A stretch of 32,101 nucleotides of DNA from an uncultured bacterium (GCA_965372095.1 CBDVAW010000003.1:1-32101), one strand, 5' to 3'; positions 17,389-27,478 are shown, counted from the first letter of the stretch. Notes: generated by a model from the letters alone, not told the origin. Translations and numbers: made by a program.

Positions 17389-19049
17389 TAATCGTTAAAT
17401 TTTATTGTTTCGCCTTGTTTAATTGTTCCTTTTTGAATTTTTTGTTTCAAATCGGGATTTTCCAAAGATTCGTCTATGGCCTTTCTCAATCCCATTAAGT
17501 CAATTTCCTTGCGTTGAGCACTGTCTTTCCGCTTTGTATTGCCTCTTGGAGAAGCAAATGGCAAGGGCTCTTTTTCTATTGCTTTCTCTAACGAAATACC
17601 TTTAATGGAGTTTTCTTTCTCATTCTTGTCTTTCTCTGTTTTTTTACGGCATGATTTGCAATAAACAGGCCTTACTCCGTCAGGTTGGAAAGTTACCTTG
17701 GTCTTTTTCCCGCAAGAAGAACATTCAGCGTCATAAAGCTGAACCGGAGCCACCAAAGAAGCCGCAGAAGATTTGGGGATCTCCGCCCATTGCGATATTT
17801 CTTCTTCCACCGATTGGCGCGAAGCGCTATATTTTTCTCTGGATACTTTAATTATTTTATCTCTGCTTGATTCTTCCAGTGGAGAAATAGGGATAAGGGT
17901 TTCGGCGGAAAATGGCCTTCCCGCTATTCCGTCAATCATAAGCTTCACATAGATATTATATTTGGTTAAATTAACCATATCGGAAGCAAAAAATTCCGGA
18001 TAAAATTCTTGTTCTAAAAATTTGGCGTCCTCCGCCCCAATTCTAAAAGAAATTATAGTCCCCACATTACCAAAAACAGCACTTTTTACCCCATCCTCCA
18101 ATTGAGCGATATATTGATGCCCAAGAATTAAGCATAGCCTATATTTTCTGGCTTCGGATAAAATATTAATAAATGAAGATGTCGCGAAGTTTTGAAATTC
18201 ATCTACATAAAGATAAAAATCTTTTCTTTTTTCCTCGGCGATATCAACTCTTGACATAGCGGCAAGCTGTAATTTGGTAATTAAAAGAGCCCCTAAAAGC
18301 CTTGAACTGTCCTCTCCGATTCTTCCTTTGGATAAATTCAATATTAATATTTTTTCTTTGTCCATCGCTTCGCGCATATTGATTGACGAATGCGTTTGAC
18401 CGACAATATTACGGATTAACGGGGAAGAAATAAACTGTCCTATTTTATTCTGAATGGCGGCAGTAGCTTCTATTGCGTAACTCTGGGCATAACGCGCGAA
18501 TTCATTGATCCAAAAAGATTTAACCACGGGGTCGGTTATTTCTTTTACCACTTTCCCGCGATATTCAGAATCGGCAAGCATCCTATTAACACCCAATAAA
18601 GTTGAATCGGGATATTCTAAAAGAGCTAAAATACAATTATTAAGAATATATTCCATACGAGCCGACCAAACATCCGGCCAAATCTTTTTAAACACTCCCA
18701 TTAAACCGCTAGCCACTAAATGCCTATGTTCAACCGACACTTCTTCCATAATATTAAAAGCGATGGGGTAATCAATATCGGCCGGATTAAAATAGATAAC
18801 ATCCTTGACTCGTCCCGAAGGAATGTGATCAAGCAGTTTTTCCGCGGCTTCGCCATGAGGATCCACAAAGCCTACTCCCCTTCCTTCTCGTATGTCCTGA
18901 ATTGCCATATTCTCCAACATAGCCGTTTTCCCCATACCTGTTTTCCCAACAGTATAAATATGCCTACGCCTATCATCGGTTTTAATGCCGAATTTCCGTC
19001 TTAAATTTCTAAAAGTGGTTTCTCCGAAAAAGATTATGTCTTTATTCAT
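17388..19049 (-). CDS. VirD4/TraD(TraG)-like coupling-type ATPase with C-terminal CxxC-x17-CxxC domain
   Basis: Walker A GKTGMGKT, DPHGE, LYVDEFQNF, SEARKY, HQY..QL, CSSC...CKSC. Alternative start at 19079. Confidence 0.85.
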   Translation of the reverse strand: MNKDIIFFGETTFRNLRRKFGIKTDDRRRHIYTVGKTGMGKTAMLENMAIQDIREGRGVGFVDPHGEAAEKLLDHIPSGRVKDVIYFNPADIDYPIAFNIMEEVSVEHRHLVASGLMGVFKKIWPDVWSARMEYILNNCILALLEYPDSTLLGVNRMLADSEYRGKVVKEITDPVVKSFWINEFARYAQSYAIEATAAIQNKIGQFISSPLIRNIVGQTHSSINMREAMDKEKILILNLSKGRIGEDSSRLLGALLITKLQLAAMSRVDIAEEKRKDFYLYVDEFQNFATSSFINILSEARKYRLCLILGHQYIAQLEDGVKSAVFGNVGTIISFRIGAEDAKFLEQEFYPEFFASDMVNLTKYNIYVKLMIDGIAGRPFSAETLIPISPLEESSRDKIIKVSREKYSASRQSVEEEISQWAEIPKSSAASLVAPVQLYDAECSSCGKKTKVTFQPDGVRPVYCKSCRKKTEKDKNEKENSIKGISLEKAIEKEPLPFASPRGNTKRKDSAQRKEIDLMGLRKAIDESLENPDLKQKIQKGTIKQGETIKFND

Positions 19050-19097
19050 AAAACATACACTAAACTTATTACATACCAAACGCTATGAGTTGAAAAA

Positions 19098-20390
19098 TTA
19101 TTCAATCGGCAAATTAAGGGGAGCTTCCCCTTTTTTAGATTCAACCCTGGACACGGCAGATGAAGGAGCAAGCATTCTGCTGGGGAAATGGAACAGAGAA
19201 GCCAACTCTTCTATGTTCATTATATAAGTAGCTCCGGATATCTGTTCTCTGTCAACATATCTTTTAAACATTTTTCTTTTCCTTGAATAACTCCTTCTCT
19301 TGTCTAAAAACCAAAGAAGTATGGTATTAAAGCTGGTCGCAGTGCCGGAATAAGGTTTAAAAGCATTAAGATTATTTGTATTAAATTGAGTAAAAAAGCT
19401 CATAGGAATAGTCACATTCGGGCCAAAGAAAACATCTTTTTTCGCAAGATAAACATAGCGGATGCCAACGTTAAAAGAACTTTTGCTGATCTTTTCTTCA
19501 ATAGCCGAAATAACGTCACGCTCCCCTTGAGTAAGCTGCGGCGGCCGAGGAAATTCTTCCGACTTGTCCCCGGAAGGACTGTCAGCAACCTTGCCGCTAA
19601 TTAAAACATTTGCCGCATCTTTCACCACTCCTATTGAAAGATCTGTTACCTCTTTAATGGCCGGCTTCGGCTTCGGCTTAACCGACCTTCCGGACAATTC
19701 ATCAATTATATCTTTTCCTCTCCCAATATAATCATTCTCCTTGCCTGTGACAGGCATGGCATTGATTTGAACCCAGAGCTGTTCATCCGGCTTAAGCTTG
19801 GCTACTCCTTCCAGTAGGACTGACAAGGGATCAATTCTTTTTTCTTCTTTAGATATTTCGGCTTTTTCTTCAAAAAATTTAGCGTATGTCTTAATGGGAT
19901 AAACATCATCCTTAACAAACGCATAGTCATGCCCCGTCACATCCCATTCGTCATTTGGAATGTTTTGCGGAATATTTTTGGTGTAATCTTTTGACTCCAT
20001 AATTTCCGCATCGGGATATTGTGAATAAAGAACCGATTCAATGAGATTTCTCGCGTTCACCGGGATTCTGACAAAAAAATGCGTTTTTCCTCCTATTCCG
20101 ACTATTTCAAGAGAAAAAGGAACGGAGAATTTGCCTTTGAACCACTTATCCTTTAATCCCACCGGACTATAAAGTTGCCAAAAACCGGAAAAAACATTTT
20201 CCATCGCCTTAATGGGTTTTAAGACATTTTCCGGAATTTTTATTTCTAAAAGTATAAACTCTTGCTTCCGCGCCCATTCCGTTCTTTTCCAATAAAGCCA
20301 AAAAAAGCCGGCGAGAGAACCAATCACAAAAGGAGTGGGAACCCACCACCAATATTTAAATATTTCCCATAGTATCTGCTGAGGCGTCAT
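19098..20390 (-). CDS. Membrane-anchored protein partnering the VirD4-like ATPase
   Basis: N-terminal TM, FSLEI, YSQYPDAEI, YPIKTY and EELASLFHFP motifs, which I recall from proteins fused or adjacent to such ATPases in CPR genomes. Confidence 0.7.
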   Translation of the reverse strand: MTPQQILWEIFKYWWWVPTPFVIGSLAGFFWLYWKRTEWARKQEFILLEIKIPENVLKPIKAMENVFSGFWQLYSPVGLKDKWFKGKFSVPFSLEIVGIGGKTHFFVRIPVNARNLIESVLYSQYPDAEIMESKDYTKNIPQNIPNDEWDVTGHDYAFVKDDVYPIKTYAKFFEEKAEISKEEKRIDPLSVLLEGVAKLKPDEQLWVQINAMPVTGKENDYIGRGKDIIDELSGRSVKPKPKPAIKEVTDLSIGVVKDAANVLISGKVADSPSGDKSEEFPRPPQLTQGERDVISAIEEKISKSSFNVGIRYVYLAKKDVFFGPNVTIPMSFFTQFNTNNLNAFKPYSGTATSFNTILLWFLDKRRSYSRKRKMFKRYVDREQISGATYIMNIEELASLFHFPSRMLAPSSAVSRVESKKGEAPLNLPIE

Positions 20391-20522
20391 AAATCTCTTT
20401 AGTTTTCAAATTGTAACCCGAAATTGAGAAAAAGACAGTAGTCGCAAATGATAAACCGCGGGTCTTAAGATTAATACATATTGCCGGAATTTTAATCCCT
20501 TGTCTTGTTTAAAAATCCGAAA

Positions 20523-21569
20523 TTACACTTTCAAAATATACTTTCCTTCTTTGTTTTTAGAGAAGTATTTTTTGTTTTGCAAATTTAATAAAACCGTATT
20601 TTTCTTCACCAGGCGTTCATTAAAAACTTTTTTAACAATCTCTTCTCTGCTCAAAGGGATTGATGCTTTTTCCAATACGTCATAAATAATATCTTTCACG
20701 GTTCCGGCCGTATATCCCCATTCTTTCAGAGCATAAATCCCTCTCCCCACCAAAACAAAACGAGGATCTTTGATCAGTTCGTTATGGACAGTTTGAGGAA
20801 GAGTATTTTTTTTCTGTCCACGCGAGGCAATAGACGGAACTATTTGATCAATAGAGGAAGCCACCTTGGTAAAGTGAAGGGGCTTGTTTTTTTCCTTTAT
20901 CACCAAATAAGCCTTGTCCTTGACTCCCCTTGGCCTGATTTCCGCCCAGCTACTTAAACCGATATTGCCTGTGGGACCTTCTTCAATGGATTTGGAAATT
21001 TCCAAAAAGGATTTTAACGGTTTATTTTCCAATGGCTGCCCTAGATCGGGACCAATATCATTTTGATAAATTGTTATAACTTCTTTAAAGCGAAGCGGTT
21101 TTTGGGCTTCTTCAAATTTTTTAATAAAAGCTTTTATTATTTTTTGAGCCAAATCAAATGAACGGGTGTCGCCGGTCCAAAACGAATAAAAATCTTCGGT
21201 TGTATTGTGCCTCACAAAAGGCTTTCCAAGAGTAAGCAGAAATAATATATAATTGCTGTCCTGTTCTTCTTCTCTAAGCTGGCTTATGAGTTGGTCTTCT
21301 CTTCTCAAGTTTCCGTCTATTTGAAGCTTTTTTTGAAAATGACGAAAAACATCTTGGTAATTTTTTATTTTTTGCTCAAGCTGAGCAAGCCCCGTCTTCT
21401 CAATTTGACGGACCCTTTCTCTGGTTATGCCATAACTTTTGCCGATAGTTTCCAGAGTTTCTTTGCCTTGAGGCCTTAAACCAAATCTCCTCTGAATAAT
21501 TTCCTTGGTTTTAGGCGGAACATCTTCAAGTATGCAAGAACAAATTTTAGGGTAGTTAAACTTTCCCAT
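20523..21569 (-). CDS. Sigma70 region-4 HTH plus C-terminal winged-HTH (HARE-HTH / RNAP delta-like) protein
   Basis: RRFGL...TLETIGKSYGITRERVRQIE and QTVHNELIKDPRFVLVGRGIYALKEWGY. No sigma region 2. Confidence 0.8.
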   Translation of the reverse strand: MGKFNYPKICSCILEDVPPKTKEIIQRRFGLRPQGKETLETIGKSYGITRERVRQIEKTGLAQLEQKIKNYQDVFRHFQKKLQIDGNLRREDQLISQLREEEQDSNYILFLLTLGKPFVRHNTTEDFYSFWTGDTRSFDLAQKIIKAFIKKFEEAQKPLRFKEVITIYQNDIGPDLGQPLENKPLKSFLEISKSIEEGPTGNIGLSSWAEIRPRGVKDKAYLVIKEKNKPLHFTKVASSIDQIVPSIASRGQKKNTLPQTVHNELIKDPRFVLVGRGIYALKEWGYTAGTVKDIIYDVLEKASIPLSREEIVKKVFNERLVKKNTVLLNLQNKKYFSKNKEGKYILKV

Positions 21570-21620
21570 GTTGTTTTATTTTATCATTTTTTATAAAAAC
21601 CCGCTATACAAATCTGCTGA

Positions 21621-22526
21621 TTAATATTTTTCAAGTGTTGAAATTCTCTTTTTATCTTTACGCTCAAGCCAATAAACCAAAAGTGGAGCGGCCAGGAAAA
21701 CAGATGAATATGTTCCGGTTATAATCCCTATTATCAAAACCAAAGAGAAGTATTTTAAAGTGGCTCCGCCAAGAAAGAAGATGGCCGAAAGCGCCAATAA
21801 TGTGGTAAAAGAAGTGTTTATGGAGCGAGTTATTACTTGGTTAAGGCTATTATTTACTATTTCTTTAAAGGTAACAGATGTTCTTTTGAGAATATTTTCT
21901 CTAATGCGATCAAATACGACTACCGTATCATTAATGGAATACCCGAGAACCGCAAGAAGAGCCGTAATAATGGGAATCGTAATTTCTACCCCGGAATATT
22001 TCCCGAGAATCACAAAAATTCCCAACGCAATCAGGGCATCGTGAAAAAGAGCCACTAATGAAACTACTCCATATTGCCAAGATTTTAAAGGATAAGAGAT
22101 CTTGCGAAAACTGAAGGCGATATAAAGAACTATTGAAATTAATGCAAGCGTTACGGCAAGCTTGGTTTTCTCCTTTAATTCTTCACCGATTACGGGCCCT
22201 ATTGATTCAAATCGTCTTTCGTCCACTTCCCCCAGTCTTTGTAAAATTTCCGAATGGACAGTTTCATTTATGTCTTTTAATCTTAAAATCACTCCGTTAT
22301 CTCCCGTAGGCTGAATATAGAAAGTTCCCAGTTCAATATCTGCCAATTGTTCTCTTATTTCTTGGTTAGATGGCCTTTCTACGGCATATTCTATTTCCAT
22401 AATGCTTCCCCCCGTAAAATCAATCCCGAGCCTCAAGCCGAAAACCATAAGCAAAATAATACTGCCTAATACCAGAACGCTTGAAAAAACAAAGTATATC
22501 TTATGATAACGAATGAAAGGAATCAT
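21621..22526 (-). CDS. secF: Protein translocase subunit SecF
   Basis: LGIDFTGG, IGPVIGEEL, GYSINDTVVVFDRIREN, GTYSS. Confidence 0.97.
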   Translation of the reverse strand: MIPFIRYHKIYFVFSSVLVLGSIILLMVFGLRLGIDFTGGSIMEIEYAVERPSNQEIREQLADIELGTFYIQPTGDNGVILRLKDINETVHSEILQRLGEVDERRFESIGPVIGEELKEKTKLAVTLALISIVLYIAFSFRKISYPLKSWQYGVVSLVALFHDALIALGIFVILGKYSGVEITIPIITALLAVLGYSINDTVVVFDRIRENILKRTSVTFKEIVNNSLNQVITRSINTSFTTLLALSAIFFLGGATLKYFSLVLIIGIITGTYSSVFLAAPLLVYWLERKDKKRISTLEKY

Positions 22527-22564
22527 ATCCTAATCTTTTATTGTTAATTCTTTGTTTAAAAATA

Positions 22565-23974
22565 CTATTTCCATAGCCATTTATATCTCTCTATTTTGGT
22601 TCCTACGCAGACTCTCAAGAAACTTTTTGTAACAAATATGGCGGAAACCATACTTAATAAAACACCCAAACTTAAAGTTAACGCGAAACCTTTAATAAAG
22701 CTTGTCCCGAAAATAAATAAGATCAAGCCGATTATCAAGGTGGTGATATTCCCATCACGGATAGCCGGCCACGCCCGGCTAAAACCTTCTTCTACGCTAG
22801 CCGCGAAACTATTGCCATTCTCCAGCTCTTCCTTCGTCCGGGAAAAAATTAAAATATTGGCGTCAATGGCCATTCCTATTGATAATAGGAATCCTCCAAT
22901 TCCCGCCAAGGTCAATGTCACGGGTATTATTTTAAATAAAGCTAAAATAAAGCTTATATAAACCATCAAGGCGAGAGAAGCCAGAATGCCCGGCATTCTG
23001 TAAAAAATTATCATAAATAAAATAATCGCCAATAATCCGACAAATCCCGCTCTAAGAGATTTCTGCAAAGAGATGCTTCCCAGTGTCGGGCCTACTGTTT
23101 GCTGAAAAATTAATTCTATCTTAAAAGGCAATGCTCCGGCATTAAGATTCCTTACAAGCGCCCTGGCGGAATCCACTGTAAAATTCCCGCTGATTTGCGC
23201 TTTTCCTCCCGAAATGGCTTCGTTGACATTTGGTATGGAAATAGGAATACCGTCAATATAGATAGCTAACGGCTTGTTGATATTACGGGCTGTCAATTCT
23301 TGAAAAAGGTCAGATCCATCGCCGTTGAATTGAAGGGAAACCATAGGTTGGTAAGTATATTGATCGGTTGCTATCTCCGCTTTTTCCAAATATTGTCCGG
23401 TAAGTCCGGTCGGCTGGAAGCAGGGGTCTCCCTGATAAGTTGTTAGAAAATAAGTCAATAAATCGGCATTTCTGCAAATTATTTCACTATCAACGCCATC
23501 AGCCTCTTCCCCTAAAAGTTCGTCTATATTCTTATTTCTTTCTTCTTCCGGTAAAAGCTCTTTAAATTCTAAAAAAGGGGTCTGTCCTATCATATCAATA
23601 GCTTCCGAGACGTTTAAGACGCCTGCCAGCTCCACTATTAACCTGTGGTTGCCTTGGACATCCTGTGTTTGGACTTTTGGCTCCTGAACGCCAAATATAT
23701 TCACTCTTCTCTCAATCACATCCCGTAACCCCTGCATAGCTTCTTTCTTTTCATCAATATCAGATAAATCGGCTTTATAAACCAAATGAGTCCCTCCCTG
23801 AAGATCCAATCCAAGCTTAAAAGGCACTTGCCAAAAATGAGGCAAAGCCAAACTAAGGCCGGAATTAACAAAATCAACGCCCTTATTAAAATACCGAGGA
23901 TAATTAAATACCCCGGTTAAAATAGCTAAAGCTAAAATGATAATAATGGATAAAACGACTTTTTTTCTTCTCAT
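22565..23974 (-). CDS. secD: Protein translocase subunit SecD
   Basis: LGLDLQGG, ERRVN.FGV.EP, VGPTLG, IGMAIDANILIF. Confidence 0.97.
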   Translation of the reverse strand: MRRKKVVLSIIIILALAILTGVFNYPRYFNKGVDFVNSGLSLALPHFWQVPFKLGLDLQGGTHLVYKADLSDIDEKKEAMQGLRDVIERRVNIFGVQEPKVQTQDVQGNHRLIVELAGVLNVSEAIDMIGQTPFLEFKELLPEEERNKNIDELLGEEADGVDSEIICRNADLLTYFLTTYQGDPCFQPTGLTGQYLEKAEIATDQYTYQPMVSLQFNGDGSDLFQELTARNINKPLAIYIDGIPISIPNVNEAISGGKAQISGNFTVDSARALVRNLNAGALPFKIELIFQQTVGPTLGSISLQKSLRAGFVGLLAIILFMIIFYRMPGILASLALMVYISFILALFKIIPVTLTLAGIGGFLLSIGMAIDANILIFSRTKEELENGNSFAASVEEGFSRAWPAIRDGNITTLIIGLILFIFGTSFIKGFALTLSLGVLLSMVSAIFVTKSFLRVCVGTKIERYKWLWK

Positions 23975-23985
23975 TTGATATAAAT

Positions 23986-24014
23986 AGTATACAGAATTAT
24001 AGGCTAAGTGTCAA
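23986..24014 (-). promoter_or_regulatory. secD promoter (very short leader)
   Basis: TTGACA, 17 nt, TATACT ending 11 nt before the ATG. Confidence 0.75.
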
Positions 24015-24066
24015 TTAAGGGCTAATTAACAACATCAACTCCATATTCAAACCAACTCCTAAGTAA

Positions 24067-24726
24067 TCAAAGACCGGTTAATAGAACCGAGACTATCCCG
24101 ACTAAATATATACCGTCAAGCACTCCGGCGCCTCCGATAACAATAATTTCTCCCCCCAATTCCGCGACCCTCTTTAAATTCAAAATATCCGCCCCTATTA
24201 AGACCCCCAGCGTTCCCATTATAAAAGCCGCCGGAGCCACAAACCCGGGCACAAAAATAAAAGCGAATAATGCGGAAAAAAGAGGGGGGACAAAAACAGG
24301 TATTTTGATCCCGCGGCCGGGCACGACTCTAGCCAATAATTTTGAGATAACAATCATTAACAAGGTGGCCGCCGCTACCGGTCCGATGGGAACCTTGGTT
24401 AGAAGATAAAGGGAAAGCGCCAAAGGGATTATGGCTCCTCCCAGATTAATAGCCAATCCTTCTATTTTTGTTTTTGCTTGGGCTTTCCTAAAAAAAGGCA
24501 GGAGGGTTGAATGCTTTTCGGTATAAATAACTTTTTTTCTGCCCAACGGTATATTAATAGCTGAACCCATTAAAGATAAAAATAAAATTAAAAAAGCCGT
24601 TTCCGCGGAAAGGCCAAGTTTCTCAAGACTGAAGCTGATAATATTTAAAAATCCCAATAAAAAAAGAATGGGCAGAATAAACAAAAGCAAGAAAAAAGAT
24701 GACCATTTTATTGGAAATAAGAACAT
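24067..24726 (-). CDS. DUF1614-family membrane protein
   Basis: GSAINIP, AINLGGAIIP, GTLGVLIGADILNL, IGGAGVLDGI. Confidence 0.85.
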   Translation of the reverse strand: MFLFPIKWSSFFLLLFILPILFLLGFLNIISFSLEKLGLSAETAFLILFLSLMGSAINIPLGRKKVIYTEKHSTLLPFFRKAQAKTKIEGLAINLGGAIIPLALSLYLLTKVPIGPVAAATLLMIVISKLLARVVPGRGIKIPVFVPPLFSALFAFIFVPGFVAPAAFIMGTLGVLIGADILNLKRVAELGGEIIVIGGAGVLDGIYLVGIVSVLLTGL

Positions 24727-24739
24727 ATCTTTTTACAAT

Positions 24740-27478
24740 TTACAAATCACCGGCACCGCAGCATTTTTTATATTTCATCGGCTTTTTTGTTATAGGATTA
24801 ATCTTGCCGCATGGACATGGATCGTTGCGCCCGACTTTATCCACGGCACCGCTGCGAGACCCGGCCTCGTTGGCAATTTTAGGATTGTGGCCCGGAGCAA
24901 ATCTTTGAGCTCCGCCCGGGGGGGCGAAAGAGCGGCGCGACTCTTGGGCAGACCCGAAAATGGGAGCCGGCTTAACCACCCTGACTTTAAAAATGGTGCG
25001 TATAATATTGGAATCAATGGTTGATAATAATATCCGGAACATCTTATGCCCCTCATTTTTATATTCTATTAAAGGGTCCTGCTGACCGTAAGCGCGCAAC
25101 CTGACTGAATCTCTTAAACGCTCCATACCGCTCAAATGCTCTATCCAGATAGAATCCATTGTCTTTAAAAAAACCATTTTTTCAATCTCGCGCATTTGGC
25201 CTTCCCCCACATCTTCTTCTCTCGCTGAATAAGCTTTTTTACCTAACTCCGTTAAAGAATTGACCAATGTTTCTTTATTGACGGCAGACTCTTTAACTTT
25301 AATAAAATCTTCTTCGGAAACTGAGAAAATACTGTTAATTTCTTTTAATATCTGTTTAAAATCGCTTTTCTGATAATTATCTTGAAAACAATTAATATCA
25401 ATGATCTTATTTATATCTTCATTTATGAGAGTTAGAGCTTTTTCTTTTAATTTTGTCCGGCTATCTTCAGCCACACGCAAATACTCTCTTCTTTTTCTGT
25501 AGAACACTTCTCTGTGTTTATTCATCACATCGTCATATTCAAGAATGTGCTTGCGCAAATCAAAGTTATTGCCTTCAATCTTGGTTTGAGCAGACTCAAT
25601 GGCTCCGGAAATAAACCTATTTTCTATGGGCTGATCTTCGGGTAGATTCAATTTTTCCATCACCCCTTTTATACGGTCCCCTCCAAAAATCCGCAAAAGG
25701 TCGTCTTCCAAGGAAATAAAAAACTGGCTGGAACCAGAGTCTCCTTGACGCCCCGCTCTTCCTCTGAGCTGATTATCAATTCTTCTTGCTTCGTGCCTCT
25801 CGGTGCCGACAACACAAAGCCCTCCTGATTTTTTAACGCGCTCCGCTTCTTTTTCATTAGAGGGATTGCCGCCCAAGACTATATCTACTCCCCGACCGGC
25901 CATATTTGTAGCCACTGTCACCGCTCCAAAGCTCCCCGCTTGAGCGATAATTTGTCCTTCTTTTTCATGGTTCTTAGCATTCAAAATTTGGTGGGGCACT
26001 CCTTCTATTTCTAACAGCTTCCCAAGATATTCATTTTTCTCAATGGATACGGTTCCTATCAATACGGGCCTGCCCTCTTTATGATACTCTTTTACCGCCA
26101 TTACTATCGCTTTAAGCTTTCCTTGTTCTGATTTATATATCTTATCCGGAAGGTCTTCTCTTCTCATAGGCTGGTTTGTCGGGATAATCGCCACATCTAC
26201 ATTATAAACTTTATGAAATTCTTCCGCCGAGGTCGCCGCAGTCCCGGTCATCCCCGATAATTTTTTATACATTCTAAAATAGTTCTGGAAAGTAATGGTG
26301 GCCAACGTCAATGATTCCGGCTTGACTTCCACTCCCTCTTTGGCTTCAATGGCCTGATGAAGACCTTGAGAATAACGGCGACCCTGCATAAGTCTGCCCG
26401 TAAATTCGTCCACTATTATAATCTCCCCGTTTTTCACCACATAGTCCCTGTCTTTTTTAAATATGACTTCCGCCTTTAAGGCCTGTTCAAGATGATGGAG
26501 ATATTTCATTCCTTTCTCTTCATATATATTGTCCATCCCTAAAATCTTTTCAATTTTATTCACGCCCTCTTCGGTCAAAGTAACCGCTTTTAATTTTTCA
26601 TCAAGCTCATAATCCTGCTTACCGCTTAATTGCGGAATAATCCTGGCAAATTCAGAATATGTCTTGGTTGCGTCTATATCGGGCGCGGAAATGATCAGAG
26701 GAGTTCGCGCCTCATCAATTAAAATTGAATCCACTTCATCAATAATAGCGTAATTTAACTTTCTTTGAACCTGGTCTTTTAAATTATAAATCATACTGTC
26801 TCTTAAATAATCAAAGCCGAATTCATTGTTGGTCCCGTACACAATATCCGACTCGTAAGCTTCTTTCCTGGACACCGGCCTTAAATAGCTTTCAACAACT
26901 TTGAAACCGCCCACTAAATCCCTTTTTTTATCCCTTTCGTTGTCGTCAAGATTTGATCCATTATTTTCTCCGCTAAAGGCGGGATCATATACATACGCGG
27001 AGTCGTGAATAATACATCCCACGCTTAATCCGAGACAACAATAAATTTGACCCATCCAAACAGCGTCTCTGCGAGCCAAATAATCGTTAACCGTGATAAT
27101 GTGGACACCTTTCCCATCAAGCGTATTTAAATAAGCCGCAAGCGTGGATACCAATGTTTTCCCTTCTCCCGTTTTCATTTCCACAATCTTTCCTTGATGC
27201 AGAGAAATCCCGCCTATTAATTGAACATCAAAATGGCGCTGTGAAAGAGTTTTTTCAGCCGCCTTTCTTACCAACGCAAAAGCTTCCGGTAGAATATCAT
27301 CAAAAGTTTGGTTGTTTTTTAGCCTTTGTTTGAATTCTCCCGTTTTTTTATTGAATTCTTCTCTTGAAAAATTTTTAAACTCCGGCTCAAATTTATTAAC
27401 CTTGTCTATTAAAGGTTGAATGCTTTTTAGGTATTTTTCGTTGGCATCGCCAAAAAATTTGCTAAAAATAGATATCAT
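24740..27478 (-). CDS. secA: Preprotein translocase ATPase SecA
   Basis: EMKTGEGKT, IDEVDSILIDEARTPLIIS, ATNMAGRG, GRQGD, C-terminal GRNDPCPCG. Confidence 0.99.
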   Translation of the reverse strand: MISIFSKFFGDANEKYLKSIQPLIDKVNKFEPEFKNFSREEFNKKTGEFKQRLKNNQTFDDILPEAFALVRKAAEKTLSQRHFDVQLIGGISLHQGKIVEMKTGEGKTLVSTLAAYLNTLDGKGVHIITVNDYLARRDAVWMGQIYCCLGLSVGCIIHDSAYVYDPAFSGENNGSNLDDNERDKKRDLVGGFKVVESYLRPVSRKEAYESDIVYGTNNEFGFDYLRDSMIYNLKDQVQRKLNYAIIDEVDSILIDEARTPLIISAPDIDATKTYSEFARIIPQLSGKQDYELDEKLKAVTLTEEGVNKIEKILGMDNIYEEKGMKYLHHLEQALKAEVIFKKDRDYVVKNGEIIIVDEFTGRLMQGRRYSQGLHQAIEAKEGVEVKPESLTLATITFQNYFRMYKKLSGMTGTAATSAEEFHKVYNVDVAIIPTNQPMRREDLPDKIYKSEQGKLKAIVMAVKEYHKEGRPVLIGTVSIEKNEYLGKLLEIEGVPHQILNAKNHEKEGQIIAQAGSFGAVTVATNMAGRGVDIVLGGNPSNEKEAERVKKSGGLCVVGTERHEARRIDNQLRGRAGRQGDSGSSQFFISLEDDLLRIFGGDRIKGVMEKLNLPEDQPIENRFISGAIESAQTKIEGNNFDLRKHILEYDDVMNKHREVFYRKRREYLRVAEDSRTKLKEKALTLINEDINKIIDINCFQDNYQKSDFKQILKEINSIFSVSEEDFIKVKESAVNKETLVNSLTELGKKAYSAREEDVGEGQMREIEKMVFLKTMDSIWIEHLSGMERLRDSVRLRAYGQQDPLIEYKNEGHKMFRILLSTIDSNIIRTIFKVRVVKPAPIFGSAQESRRSFAPPGGAQRFAPGHNPKIANEAGSRSGAVDKVGRNDPCPCGKINPITKKPMKYKKCCGAGDL
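24855..24931. repeat. Two REP-like palindromes in frame in the secA C-terminal linker
   Basis: CGAGACCCGGCCTCGTTG (24855-24872) matches the repeats at 30220-30367. A second 30-nt hairpin lies at 24902-24931. Confidence 0.65.
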
